Shown piece by piece: positions 30,474 to 40,577 of a DNA stretch of 64,000 nucleotides. Within the stretch, counting starts at the first letter, position 1. Every line of letters begins with the position of its first letter. The stretch is from positions 305 to 64,304 of the IMG/VR virus record IMGVR_UViG_3300045988_183785. One strand, written 5' to 3'. The stretch is from a virus. A program made the translations under genes and the position numbers. The notes beneath the pieces were generated by a model. It worked only from the letters and a program-made list of their open reading frames with translations, had not been told where the DNA came from and made no database searches.

Positions 30474-31265
30474 ATGGTAAAGAATAATAACAAGAAAAAC
30501 AACGGCACGAATGCCTTGCGAGGGCTCCTCGCTTTCCTTGTTGCCCTTGCTGTGTTTCTCGGAGTAGAGCTCATTCCGCAGCTCACAGAGAACCTTGGCC
30601 CCGACAACCATCCGTCGTATACAGAAGCGTCTGACGTCTACGAGGAGAGTTATAAGAGCTGGTTTTCGTTAGATGACATTGTTCCGTTTGAAGGGGAGCC
30701 ATATGTCGTTGTAAACGGTAATGTTCCTTTCTTTACAGAAGTTGATATGACCACAGAGCCGTTCGAATTGTTTTCCGAGTTGGATGACCTTGGACGCTGC
30801 GGGACTGCCTACGCAAATGTGTGCCAAGAGCTGATGCCTACGGAAGAACGAGGGTCTATCGGCTCCGTGAAGCCGTCAGGCTGGCACCTGAACAAATACG
30901 ACTGCGTGGATGGCAAGTACCTCTACAATCGTTGTCATCTGCTGGGCTATCAGCTTACCGGCGAGAACGCCAATGTCAAGAACCTCATCACCGGAACTCG
31001 CTACCTCAATGTAACTGGTATGCTGCCGTTTGAGAACGAGATTGCTGATTATGTTCACGAAACAAACAACCACGTTCTGTATCGTGTGACTCCCGTTTTT
31101 GAAGGCGACAACCTTGTAGCGAACGGTGTCTTGATGGAAGCCCTTTCTGTGGAAGATGATGCCATTGAGTTCTGTGTGTTTTGCTATAATGTGCAGCCCG
31201 GTGTCAAGATTGATTACGGCACCGGCCTCAACTGGGCGGACGCGGAATACTCCGCTGAAAACTAA
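30474..31265 (+). CDS. Secreted or membrane-anchored DNA/RNA non-specific endonuclease (EndA/NucA family)
   Basis: N-terminal TM/signal sequence LRGLLAFLVALAVFLGV. Active-site-like motif NRCHLLGYQLTGENAN resembles the DRGHLLG motif of Endonuclease_NS. Confidence 0.65.
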   Translation: MVKNNNKKNNGTNALRGLLAFLVALAVFLGVELIPQLTENLGPDNHPSYTEASDVYEESYKSWFSLDDIVPFEGEPYVVVNGNVPFFTEVDMTTEPFELFSELDDLGRCGTAYANVCQELMPTEERGSIGSVKPSGWHLNKYDCVDGKYLYNRCHLLGYQLTGENANVKNLITGTRYLNVTGMLPFENEIADYVHETNNHVLYRVTPVFEGDNLVANGVLMEALSVEDDAIEFCVFCYNVQPGVKIDYGTGLNWADAEYSAEN

Positions 31266-31292
31266 ATTAGAAAGAATAAAGGAGAAAGAACT

Positions 31293-32738
31293 ATGTTTGA
31301 CCTGCTCTTTGGGAACAAGGCCGTTCTCGTCCCCGCAATTATCGTGATTGCGGTCCTCATCATCTGTATTTTGGGGTATATCAAGGCGCCGCCCGATATG
31401 GCGTATATCATCTCCGGTCTTCGCAAGAAGCCCAAAATCCTCATTGGTCGTGCCGGCGTTCGCGTTCCGTTTCTGGAGCGCGTCGATAAGCTAATTGTCC
31501 GTCAGATTTCCGTGGACATCAAATCCGATGGCTACATTCCCACACTGGACTTTATCGGTGTTGACGTGGATGCTGTCGCCAAGGTCCGTGTTCGGACGGA
31601 TGATGAGGGCATTAAGCTGGCTATGCGGAACTTCCTGAACATCACCGATGCCCGTGGCTTCGAGCAGGCGATTTCGGACTCTCTTCAAGGAAACATGAGA
31701 GAGATTATCGGTACTATAACGCTCAAGGAAATCTGCAATGACCGCAAGAAATTCGGTGATGAAATCCAGTCCAAGGCTCAAGTGGATATGAATGCGTTGG
31801 GTATCGAGATTATCTCCTGCAACATCCAGCGTGTGACCGACGAGAAGGGTCTTATCAATGCTCTGGGTCAGGACAATATGAGTCAAATCCAGAAAAATGC
31901 TTCTATCGCCAAAGCCGAAGCGGAGCGCGATATTCAGATTGCTCAGGCGGAGGCGGCGCGTCAGGCGAACGAGGCTCAGGTCGCGTCCGATACGCAGATT
32001 TCTATTCGTAAGACCGAACTGGCCGTGAAGCAGGCCGAGCTGAAGGAGACCTCCGACATCAAGAAGGCTGCTGCCGATGCTGCCTATAAGATTGAGGAAC
32101 AGAAGCAGCGCCGGAGCCTCGATATTGCATCTACCGATGCCGACATTGCGAAGCGCGAGAAGGAAGCAGAGCTGGCCGAGCGCGAAATCACGCTGCAGGA
32201 GCGTCGGCTGGATGCCGATATCCGCAAGAAGGCGGATGCCGATAAGTACGCCGCTGAGAAGAAGGCTGAAGCAGAGCTGTACGCCCGTAAGCAGGAAGCC
32301 GAGGCAAAGCGCTTCGAGCAGGAGCAGATTGCCGAAGGTATCAAGGCCGTCGGTGCCGCAGAAGCCGAGGCTATCAAGGCCAAGGCTCTGGCCGAAGCGG
32401 AAGGTATCGACCGTAAGGCTGAGGCCATGAAGAAGTATGGTGAGGCCGCAGTGGTCGAGATGATTATGAACGCGCTGCCCGAAATCGCCAAGAACGTGGC
32501 TGCACCTCTCACTAATGTGGATTCTATTACCATGTACGGCGAGGGCAACAGCACCAAGCTGATTGAGGACATCGTTTCTTCGACTACTCAGGTCTCCAAC
32601 GGTATGCTGAACGGTCTGGGTATCGACCTGCGGAGCCTGCTGGCTGGCTTTGTCGGCGGTAAGGTCGCAGTTCCCGCATCTGCTTCCAGTGTTGAGCCTG
32701 TTGGACCCGTTGCTGCTACTGAGGGCAACGCCGAGTAA
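31293..32738 (+). CDS. Flotillin-like SPFH/band-7 domain protein (FloT/YuaG-like)
   Basis: N-terminal TM, SPFH domain, then a long A/E/K-rich coiled-coil with EA repeats ([24 protein letters not shown]), which is the classic flotillin architecture. Confidence 0.8.
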   Translation: MFDLLFGNKAVLVPAIIVIAVLIICILGYIKAPPDMAYIISGLRKKPKILIGRAGVRVPFLERVDKLIVRQISVDIKSDGYIPTLDFIGVDVDAVAKVRVRTDDEGIKLAMRNFLNITDARGFEQAISDSLQGNMREIIGTITLKEICNDRKKFGDEIQSKAQVDMNALGIEIISCNIQRVTDEKGLINALGQDNMSQIQKNASIAKAEAERDIQIAQAEAARQANEAQVASDTQISIRKTELAVKQAELKETSDIKKAAADAAYKIEEQKQRRSLDIASTDADIAKREKEAELAEREITLQERRLDADIRKKADADKYAAEKKAEAELYARKQEAEAKRFEQEQIAEGIKAVGAAEAEAIKAKALAEAEGIDRKAEAMKKYGEAAVVEMIMNALPEIAKNVAAPLTNVDSITMYGEGNSTKLIEDIVSSTTQVSNGMLNGLGIDLRSLLAGFVGGKVAVPASASSVEPVGPVAATEGNAE

Positions 32739-32780
32739 AAACAATATCCCGCCGTAGGCGCTCCCTGCGGCGGGGAATAC

Positions 32781-32868
32781 GGAGAGATGGCCGAGCGGTT
32801 GAAGACACCGGTCTTGAAAACCGGCGATGCGAAAGCATCCGTGGGTTCGAATCCCACTCTCTCCGCCA
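32781..32868 (+). tRNA. tRNA-Ser (anticodon TGA)
   Basis: Cloverleaf with acceptor GGAGAGA/TCTCTCC, anticodon loop CTTGAAA, long variable arm, T-loop GGTTCGAATCC and 3' CCA. Length 88 nt. Confidence 0.9.
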
Positions 32869-32882
32869 AAAGTAAAAAATAA

Positions 32883-33400
32883 GTACGGACGGTATAACCG
32901 GAATTAACGCCTGTGGAGATGCATGGTCATCGTGGAAGCAGGAATACTCTGTTAGCTGGTCATTCATGTGAGAGATGATGTCAGCACTTTTAGGGAACTG
33001 AATATGCCTGTGTCGGGTGTATGAAACCCTGAAAAAGCAGTGGTGTATACCATCAACGCAGTCCCATTAGAGTGCCGGAGAGGTATATAAAGCCCCGAAA
33101 TAGCAGGGTTGTATACCATGTTGACTACGGGAATCACAGTATACAGGGCCTTAAAACAATAGGGTTATATACCACTCACGCATTCCTGTTGCTTGTGAGC
33201 ACAAGATGCCAAATTTTGAAAAAGTGTGCAATGATTGCATACTTAAAAAGTACGGATGGTATAACCGGAATTAACGCCTGTGGAGACGGACTCCGTCGCT
33301 AAAGCAGGAACTTGCCATGAGCTGAATTCTGCGTGAGAGGCGGTGCAACGCCGAGGTGGGAGTACCTTGGGGGAACATTAGCAAGCGCACAAAAATCAAA
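32883..33400 (+). mobile_element. IS200/IS605-family right-end / omega-RNA-scaffold-like remnants (two diverged copies plus a 3-unit mini-repeat), directly 3' of tRNA-Ser. No tnpA or tnpB is present.
   Basis: 32883-32972 is about 92% identical to 63059-63150, the sequence downstream of the tnpB-like gene. A second diverged copy at about 33215-33400 includes the palindrome GTGTGCAATGATTGCATAC found right after the tnpB-like stop (63018-63036). Three short repeats resembling CCCyGAAAwAGCAGGGTTGTATACCA lie at about 32990, 33040 and 33140. Confidence 0.55.
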
Positions 33401-33437
33401 AATCGGTGGAATGGCATGGAAGGCAGGTGACTTGTAA

Positions 33438-33836
33438 ATGGCAGACTATTTCAAAGTTGTTTACTCGCGGGAGCTTTCCGCTGAATATAACCCTCGCTAC
33501 ATCGTGATACAGCCGAATACCGGCGCGGTTTTAGATGATGCCCAAGGTTTCGGCTACACGAGCCGCGAGAAGGCGGCAAAGGCATACACCTACAAGAAGA
33601 TGCCGCATCCCGAACAGCGGTCTCTGGCGGCCCGCAAACGCCGCGTAGAGAAGTGGTGTCTGGAGCACCTTGATGTGGTAGATGGTTATGCTGACATCTG
33701 CTTGCAGCATATGAAGGCATCGGGAGATGGACGTATCAGTATGAGTTCTGCTGTTGTCTCCCGTTATTTGAAGGACTGCGGATACGATAATCTGCCGTTC
33801 TCGGCACAGGACTTTATCCGCTACTGTAAAACTTAA
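33438..33836 (+). CDS. Hypothetical protein (132 aa)
   Basis: ORF with ATG start. No recognisable domain. Confidence 0.4.
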   Translation: MADYFKVVYSRELSAEYNPRYIVIQPNTGAVLDDAQGFGYTSREKAAKAYTYKKMPHPEQRSLAARKRRVEKWCLEHLDVVDGYADICLQHMKASGDGRISMSSAVVSRYLKDCGYDNLPFSAQDFIRYCKT

Positions 33837-33858
33837 ATTTGGGGTGAGGTGGAAGGAC

Positions 33859-36048
33859 ATGAAGAACACCATATTGGGGACGGTGCGCTTTAATGACATC
33901 GAGGCGTACAAGAATGAGTGGGCGGCGAGAAGCCGTGAATGGCGCTTTGAAAAGGCCCGACAGGAGGAAACCCACATTATCAGAGAGAATGACAGAGACG
34001 ATGCAACGCTCTTTTCTGGACTCACAGACCTGTCCAGTCTCTCACGAGATAATAGTGACACCAATGAGAGATGGTGGCGGAAACGCATTGAGGACTACCT
34101 CAAGAACCTTTCTGAGTTCATCGACTACTGTAAGACCTATGAGCAGCCTGCCAACGTATATAGCATTTATGAGGGCATTGGTATGGTCGTCGGCCTCGGC
34201 AGTCGTAGGTTCTTTCTCTACCAGCCGGACTCTCTGGTGGCGGAGTATGTGCCGGTCAAGGACTATTCCGCAATGTCCGTGGGCGAGATGCGAGCTCTTG
34301 CGTCAAGCAGCGCGTCCTCAACCCTGCCGGCATCCGTGCCTGAGTCTCTTTCGGTCTCTCAGGTGCGTGAAGGTCTGTCCGACCGTGAGGCGGAGCTGAA
34401 CGCCCTCAAAGCCAATATCGAAGATACCAAGAACGGAACCAGCGAAGAACTTCGCGCCCTCAAGGAAGAGGTCGAGCGTGCCATGGCAGCCTTGGAGCAG
34501 AAAAAGGACAAACTGATGGCAGAGCTGTCCGCCAAACGCGAGGCTCTGGAGGAACAGGTAGAAATGATGAACAATCAGATTTACCTGTTGGAATCTCAGA
34601 TTTATGCTATCCGCTGCTACATGGGTGAGACAATCAACTTTACCCGTATCCGCACTGGCCGGAACGCACCGGAAAAGGAGCCGGTCGTCCTGTTCCAGAA
34701 GCTCCGTTTTCTCGATGAAGAGATGGGGCGTCTTGCTTCCATTTACAACATGAAAGAAAGCAAGCTGAAGTATTTCGAGGAGTTTCTCGCAGCGTCTCCT
34801 GTTGCGCTGGATACCTTTGCTCCCAGTGAGAAGTGCGTGGCACTGGTTCGTCTCAGCAAGACCGGCAAGCATTTCTTTGGGCATGAGATGTGGAGCAATA
34901 TGCTGGACAGCTATAATATCTACCACGGGAACACCATTGGTATCATTATCCGAAACGGAGAAAATGTCTATATCGGTTGGACTGACCCTGAGGAAGTCCA
35001 TGTGACAGATGACTTCATTATGGAAGTAAATCCCAAGGATTTCCGCGTCAATACGGAGTATATCGGGCAGGAGGATGAATACCAGCGGAAGCTGCGTATC
35101 AAAGAGGAGCGTTCACAGGCGCGAAGTATGGTCGTGGAAATGGTTTCCAGAATTTTCCTGTTCAACATCCTGCAGGGTGTGGTGGATAGCTCCAACATCC
35201 TTTCTCTGCCGGATGGTGTCAAAATCTCCAAGTCCTCCGAATATGTCGTGTTTTCCATGGCTGACCGCTGGTTGACCGACAACCGTTATGGCAGCTTTGT
35301 AGACATCGTGAAGCGATGCAATAAGCCTGATGCCAAGAAGGGTGATAGCATCTTGACCGTCCTTTCTTTGACTCCGGAGAGAGAATACAGGTATAGGCCT
35401 TACTGGAATGACCGTGGCAGGGGAGACCGCAACCGTACCCACGACTGTTCCGTTGATGACTGCGCCATCTATCCCATCAATCTGGTGGAGTATGACGCAC
35501 CGGAGCAGCGCACCTATTATCTCTTTAATGGCATTCGCTACTCCACATATGGCGATGGCAGTAATCTCGGCGATGACGCTGAAATCATCGAAACCGTTAT
35601 GGAGACTAAGCCGCATTTCTTCGTATCTGTGGAGAAAGGCGAGTCCATAAACCGCCGTTGGTATGCTGACGAGGGCAAGAAATGCGCCCGTTCCAACTTC
35701 GAGGTGTTCCGCGACGAATATATCAACCTCGCTTTTATGAACTCCGAGTGGCTGACTTACGCCATCAATACCAAGAACCTCGGTGGATGGATTATCGGCG
35801 GTAAGTGCGTGGATTACGCCTACGGTATCAAGTACCTGAATGTGGCACTGCAGCACATCCGCCAGCGCGAGGCATCCGAGAAAGAGCACCTCGACCGCTC
35901 TTGCCCCGGCTTTACGGAGAAGTACCCTTCTTGGATGGTAGACCTGTCAGAATGGAAGCTCGCCGAAGATGTCCATAGCCTCCATTCCCGCAATGTATCG
36001 AGATTCTTAAAATGGTTTGCTGAGAAAGCGGAAAGAGGTGAGGGGTAA
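33859..36048 (+). CDS. Large hypothetical protein with a central coiled-coil (about 730 aa)
   Basis: ATG at 33859 preceded by GAGGTGGA. The ORF call starts at a GTG at 33844. Coiled-coil segment EAELNALKANIEDTKNGTSEELRALKEEVERAMAALEQKKDKLMAEL. No known domain. Confidence 0.5.
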   Translation: MKNTILGTVRFNDIEAYKNEWAARSREWRFEKARQEETHIIRENDRDDATLFSGLTDLSSLSRDNSDTNERWWRKRIEDYLKNLSEFIDYCKTYEQPANVYSIYEGIGMVVGLGSRRFFLYQPDSLVAEYVPVKDYSAMSVGEMRALASSSASSTLPASVPESLSVSQVREGLSDREAELNALKANIEDTKNGTSEELRALKEEVERAMAALEQKKDKLMAELSAKREALEEQVEMMNNQIYLLESQIYAIRCYMGETINFTRIRTGRNAPEKEPVVLFQKLRFLDEEMGRLASIYNMKESKLKYFEEFLAASPVALDTFAPSEKCVALVRLSKTGKHFFGHEMWSNMLDSYNIYHGNTIGIIIRNGENVYIGWTDPEEVHVTDDFIMEVNPKDFRVNTEYIGQEDEYQRKLRIKEERSQARSMVVEMVSRIFLFNILQGVVDSSNILSLPDGVKISKSSEYVVFSMADRWLTDNRYGSFVDIVKRCNKPDAKKGDSILTVLSLTPEREYRYRPYWNDRGRGDRNRTHDCSVDDCAIYPINLVEYDAPEQRTYYLFNGIRYSTYGDGSNLGDDAEIIETVMETKPHFFVSVEKGESINRRWYADEGKKCARSNFEVFRDEYINLAFMNSEWLTYAINTKNLGGWIIGGKCVDYAYGIKYLNVALQHIRQREASEKEHLDRSCPGFTEKYPSWMVDLSEWKLAEDVHSLHSRNVSRFLKWFAEKAERGEG

Positions 36049-36258
36049 ATGTCTGCGGTAAAGAAGAACAGTTCCGGAATTCTCAAATACGTCGTGTTTT
36101 GCAGTGCCTGCGGGCAGACTGCTCCCTTAACTGACAAGGTTGATGTTGACGGCCATCTTATGTACGATTGGCACCGCCCTTGTCCGCGCTGTGGTAAGGA
36201 AGACTGGGCAACTCGCTTCATTGAACCTCTCGGAGCTGCAAAGAAAACGCAAACTTGA
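36049..36258 (+). CDS. Small zinc-ribbon protein (69 aa)
   Basis: CSAC...CPRC. Its ATG overlaps the stop of the upstream gene (TAAATG). Confidence 0.4.
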   Translation: MSAVKKNSSGILKYVVFCSACGQTAPLTDKVDVDGHLMYDWHRPCPRCGKEDWATRFIEPLGAAKKTQT

Positions 36259-36356
36259 GTTTGCTTATCTCTTTGCTTATTCACCCAATCTCTTAGCTTT
36301 TTCCTTGAAATTTAGTTTGGTTTGTCGCAAGTTGGTTGCAACCTTGAAAAATAAGC

Positions 36357-36390
36357 AAAAAGCACCTCTCAAGAGAGAGGTGCTTTTGTG
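36357..36390. terminator. Bidirectional intrinsic terminator between convergent operons
   Basis: AAAAGCACCTCTC-aaga-GAGAGGTGCTTTTGTG. Confidence 0.65.
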
Positions 36391-36391
36391 T

Positions 36392-37765
36392 TTAGAATTT
36401 GAGTTGCTCTTCAGTTATTTTTGCGATTTGCGGCAACTTGCGAGCTTCTTCGGTACGGAGCTGGAACATATCCAGCTCATAATTGCCGAGCCGAACGCGG
36501 TCAAGCCCATCAGCGTCTTTGAAAATATCAAAGAGTGCTTTGACGCGCAGCGCATCCTGCCTATCCCTCCAGTGTTCCGAGATGAAGTCGTAGCCTTCCT
36601 TATCGGGGCGGCAGTGATACTCCATCAGAAACAGAGTGATGGGGTCCGTATCAGGATATGCTTCCTGCAGCATCCTTGCGCTCTCGCCACCGTGGGTATT
36701 ATCCTCGGAATCGCTACGTCTGCCTGTGTCGTGATACAGTGCAGCCTCAATCAGAATTTCTTTGTCTTCCAAGTCCAGACCCTTCATATATGCCAGCAGC
36801 ATACACATGAATAGGACACGACCAGCGTGAGCCTTTCCATGCAGTTTGCCTGCCATCTGGAATGGAACGGCGTCATAGTCAGCAGTCTTCTGATAGAGCC
36901 AGAAGTCGTCTATCGCACCGTCATCCGCTGCCTCGTTGAGCCAGTCGATACCATAGAAGGGGAAGTCTTCAACCTCCTTGATGTCATCGGGAGATACAAT
37001 AACTTCAGCCTCCACGCCTTCGAAATACTCAATGACAGAGGCTTTTTCGACTGTAGCCCGATATACCTTTGCATGGTCAGACGGAAAGCGCGTGGCGAAG
37101 AACACGGCTACGGCAGGGTCCAGCGTCCAAGAGAACGCTTCCTCCAGACTTGCGCTTTCATCGCCGGCGCCACGGTAAACCGTCAGTGTGTCAGGATACT
37201 TCTTGAGCACCTTCTCTGTTGCCTGAACCTGTTCCGGCGTTTTCATGCTTTTGAGCTTCAGTATACCATCCCGTCCGAGTGCGGAGCATCCGTAATCGGA
37301 AAAGGGGTAGACATTGTAGAACAGTTTGTAAGCACCATCAAAGCCCTCATCAACGAGTTTCTTCAGATACTCTATCCGCATCCGGTCGTTGAGTGCCGTG
37401 ATGATGAAGTTACAGTTGCCGGAGGCAATTTTCTCCTTCAGTTGCTCAACAGCCCCTCGGATTTCAGGCGTTTTATCTTCACCGTCGGCTGCCATTGTAA
37501 GACTGTTGCAGGGGAATATGACCTTATCCTTATCCCAGTAATAAAACGGGGTAAAGCCGCAGCCGTAGTAGAGGTTCTCAATGATGTCGTCGGTTAGATG
37601 AAACTTCTTCCGCAGTTCATCGGCTGTATAGGGCGCCATATATCCGTTCCGACTGGCAACTGCCTTTGATTTCTCTGATGTGACAGATGTAACAGGGAGA
37701 AGGTTGTTGAACGATTCAACATTGCGGGACTTCATCACCACATCAGCGATGTTCATACTTTTCAA
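36392..37765 (-). CDS. HD-domain phosphohydrolase fused to an N-terminal domain of unknown function (about 280 aa)
   Basis: The C-terminal region has the motifs H...HGKAHAGRV, YHDTGRR, THGGESA and DADGLDRV, which give the H..HD..H..H..D pattern of the HD superfamily. It is the last gene of the AAA/vWA operon. Confidence 0.6.
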   Translation of the reverse strand: MKSMNIADVVMKSRNVESFNNLLPVTSVTSEKSKAVASRNGYMAPYTADELRKKFHLTDDIIENLYYGCGFTPFYYWDKDKVIFPCNSLTMAADGEDKTPEIRGAVEQLKEKIASGNCNFIITALNDRMRIEYLKKLVDEGFDGAYKLFYNVYPFSDYGCSALGRDGILKLKSMKTPEQVQATEKVLKKYPDTLTVYRGAGDESASLEEAFSWTLDPAVAVFFATRFPSDHAKVYRATVEKASVIEYFEGVEAEVIVSPDDIKEVEDFPFYGIDWLNEAADDGAIDDFWLYQKTADYDAVPFQMAGKLHGKAHAGRVLFMCMLLAYMKGLDLEDKEILIEAALYHDTGRRSDSEDNTHGGESARMLQEAYPDTDPITLFLMEYHCRPDKEGYDFISEHWRDRQDALRVKALFDIFKDADGLDRVRLGNYELDMFQLRTEEARKLPQIAKITEEQLKF

Positions 37766-37952
37766 TCTCCTTCAATAATTTTTCTATCACATCTGCAGCA
37801 TCCGCTTCAATGTTGTTGATGTTACAGGCACCGTCCACATCACGGTATTTGCACCGCTTATCGCCGCAGCCGAAGTTGTCTTCAGCATCCGTGCCGTAGC
37901 AGCGGAGCTTCTTGATAACTCTCAGCGCATCGCTTTTCAGCTTTGATGTCAT
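37743..37952 (-). CDS. Small Cys-containing protein (69 aa)
   Basis: The ORF overlaps the start of the HD gene. Contains CYGTD...CGDKRCKYRDVDGAC. Confidence 0.3.
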   Translation of the reverse strand: MTSKLKSDALRVIKKLRCYGTDAEDNFGCGDKRCKYRDVDGACNINNIEADAADVIEKLLKEIEKYEHR

Positions 37953-38046
37953 TATGTTTTCTCCTTTCTACAACACCGACTTCTTTTTGCATATCATTAT
38001 ATATTCTTATATGCAGAAACTCAACTCCTTCCTGCAGCAAACAGAA

Positions 38047-38283
38047 TCAAAGGGTCTCATCGGCAATGACTTCCTTGGAAACCGTGTTATTCCACATCCG
38101 CACACTCTTCCTGATACTGCTGGCATAGATTTTTGTGCCGGCATAGGTCTTCAGGTTTGCGTGGAACGGAAACCCCTTTTTGCAACTCTGACATACAGCC
38201 TTACAATCGGGCTTGCCACAGCGGGAATACAGCTTGATTTTGCCGCCACACACGGGGCAGGGAGCAACGTAACCTAAATCCAT
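38047..38283 (-). CDS. Zinc-ribbon protein (78 aa)
   Basis: ATG preceded by AGGAGA. Contains CPVCGG...CGKPDCKAVCQSC. Confidence 0.4.
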   Translation of the reverse strand: MDLGYVAPCPVCGGKIKLYSRCGKPDCKAVCQSCKKGFPFHANLKTYAGTKIYASSIRKSVRMWNNTVSKEVIADETL

Positions 38284-38337
38284 AGTATTATCTCCTTTCA
38301 AAGAGAGCCACCCCAAAGGGTGGCTCTTTAATTGTTG

Positions 38338-40560
38338 TTAGACCTTCAGCCGCTTCTTGACGATTTTGACCATTGCCTTTGGAAAGGTGGAAAGGTCAGT
38401 AATGTCAAGGAACTGGTCGCCGTAAATCTTCTTGAGGTACTCTTTGTCGTCGCCGATAGCTGCTGCGACAATCTCAACACCGCGCCGGCGATTGCGGGCT
38501 ACGATGTCTTTGATGTCCTTCGCCGCAGAATCTCCACCATAGGAATCATCATTCGGCTTACCATCCGAAATGATAATGAGGAGCTTCGTGCGCTCAGGTC
38601 TCGCATTCAGCAGGTTCGCAACGACCTCCAGTGCTGCACCGTCACGGTTACAGCCGCCAGTGGAGAGCTTGGCAAGACGGTACTTGTCACGCTTACCGGC
38701 CTTCAGGAAGTCTGTGTAGACGAACAGGTTGACCCTACCATGCATGGTCACATTGTGACCGTACACAGCGACAGGAACATGAACACGCTCTGCAAAGTCA
38801 TGCAGGAGCATGGTAGCCTTCATAGCGGCGCCCATGCGCTGTCCGTACATCGAGCCAGACTGGTCAACCAGCACGGAAACTGCCATATCGGGCAGGTCCT
38901 GCGGCAACTTTGTGTCGCTGAAGAACCGGCAATCCGGACGCCACATTTCGCTTGCAACGATATCTCTACCGTACATTCGGTTTCTGCGGACATCGCCGTC
39001 CTGCAGGTCCTTCAACTCCTGCTGCATCAACTTTGCCAGACGCTTGGAATACTGCGACACATCCTCCATCATTTCACCGTAGAGCTTGATGTTGGAAGGT
39101 GTTACTTCAACCTCGCGTTTGACGTCGATGCTATGGCCCTTGTGCGTAGAGCTACGGTCCATGATGTCAACATCAGCGATGATTTGAGACTTCAAATCCT
39201 GCTCCATCTGTGCTTCGGCCATGTTTCCGGCAACGGAGGAAATAATGGTCTGCAGGACATTCGCCAACATACTGTCGGCTTGCTCCTGCTTTCCGTTTTT
39301 ATCCTGTCCATCGCCGCTCTTGCCGGCCACAGCAGCGGGGATGTTGCCCTTATTGGCATCATTCCCGCCGGAACCACTACCGCTGTCGTTTTTCTTACCC
39401 TTCTTCTTGTCGGCAGACTGGGCATCCTTGGTAGCTTGCTTGGCTACGTTGGATGCCTTCTGGTTCTGAGGCATCTGAGAACCACCTCCATTCTGTGCGC
39501 CCTGAGCAATTTGCTGGAGCACCTGCTGAATGGCATTGGCGCTGGGCTGGGAGATACCTCCGCCGCCCTGCTGGTTCTGACTGCCTTGACCACCGCTGGA
39601 AGCGGGCTGTCCTTGCTGCCCGCCCTGACCGTTCTGGTCGGAGCCGGACTGCTGACCTTGCCCCTGCTGGCCTTGGCCTGCCTGAGAGCTCTGCTGCTTG
39701 TCACACTTCTCAATCGCGTCCTTAATGTAAGGCCACATAAAGAGAAGCATCACATTGATTTGGGAATACAGCTCCTTCGGGTTATCCGTGTTGGTGGCAA
39801 GCTCAATGGTCTGCGAGATGTCTGTCAGCTTTTTGGCGTACTCATTGGTATAGAGCGTCTGCTCATCCGCAACGAGAATTTCACCAAATCGTGCGAACTG
39901 GAGAACGAGGCTTGTCATAATAGACAGCGGCTCCTTCTTGTTGTTCGTATAGCCTTCCAGCGTGTGAAGCTGCCCCTGAAGGGAAGATGCTGCCATCTCA
40001 ATACCACGAGCGACAATGCCGCCGTAGTAGTCGCTCATACGTTCCTCGTCGTGTGCGTCGATGATGCAGTTGACGAGTTCGTCTCGCAGCGACTTGAACA
40101 CCTTGCGGTATTCAGGATGCTTCAGCGCCTCCTTCATCTCATCCAGCTCTGTCTCATCGTCCGGTTCAGGCATCCGTCCATAGAGTGTGCCGTTCTCTTC
40201 CAGTTCCTTGTCTGCCAGCGCATCGGCGCGAAAGTCGTGGAATCGGATGTGGGCCAACTCGTGATAGACAATACCCATGACCGTTGCGAATCGGGAGGAG
40301 GGGAGCTTATACCATGTGATGACACTGTTTGCCGTATTCTGACAAAGACTATTCCCGTCAGTACAGGCGGTGATGTCGGATTTGGGGTTATGCATCAGAG
40401 AAACGGAGATGTGCTTGTCAAGGTCTTTCGTCATCGAATCGACCGTTGCCTGCACATGACTCCGAAACGCTTCACTGGTGTAGATGTCAGCATCTGTGAG
40501 TTTTTCGCTCATTTCCTTGGCGCCTACGCGGATTTGCCTCCAGATAGATTTCTGGTCCAT
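38338..40560 (-). CDS. vWA-domain protein with an N-terminal HExxH putative metallopeptidase domain and a Q/G-rich low-complexity linker (CobT/DUF2201-like architecture)
   Basis: YHELAHIRFHD carries the HExxH motif. The central region is Q/G-rich (QGQQGQGQQSGSDQNGQGGQQGQ). The C-terminal vWA has a MIDAS motif VLVDQSGSM...GGCNRDGAAL...LIIISDGKPND. Confidence 0.7.
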   Translation of the reverse strand: MDQKSIWRQIRVGAKEMSEKLTDADIYTSEAFRSHVQATVDSMTKDLDKHISVSLMHNPKSDITACTDGNSLCQNTANSVITWYKLPSSRFATVMGIVYHELAHIRFHDFRADALADKELEENGTLYGRMPEPDDETELDEMKEALKHPEYRKVFKSLRDELVNCIIDAHDEERMSDYYGGIVARGIEMAASSLQGQLHTLEGYTNNKKEPLSIMTSLVLQFARFGEILVADEQTLYTNEYAKKLTDISQTIELATNTDNPKELYSQINVMLLFMWPYIKDAIEKCDKQQSSQAGQGQQGQGQQSGSDQNGQGGQQGQPASSGGQGSQNQQGGGGISQPSANAIQQVLQQIAQGAQNGGGSQMPQNQKASNVAKQATKDAQSADKKKGKKNDSGSGSGGNDANKGNIPAAVAGKSGDGQDKNGKQEQADSMLANVLQTIISSVAGNMAEAQMEQDLKSQIIADVDIMDRSSTHKGHSIDVKREVEVTPSNIKLYGEMMEDVSQYSKRLAKLMQQELKDLQDGDVRRNRMYGRDIVASEMWRPDCRFFSDTKLPQDLPDMAVSVLVDQSGSMYGQRMGAAMKATMLLHDFAERVHVPVAVYGHNVTMHGRVNLFVYTDFLKAGKRDKYRLAKLSTGGCNRDGAALEVVANLLNARPERTKLLIIISDGKPNDDSYGGDSAAKDIKDIVARNRRRGVEIVAAAIGDDKEYLKKIYGDQFLDITDLSTFPKAMVKIVKKRLKV

Positions 40561-40577
40561 GCGTCAACTCTCCTTTC

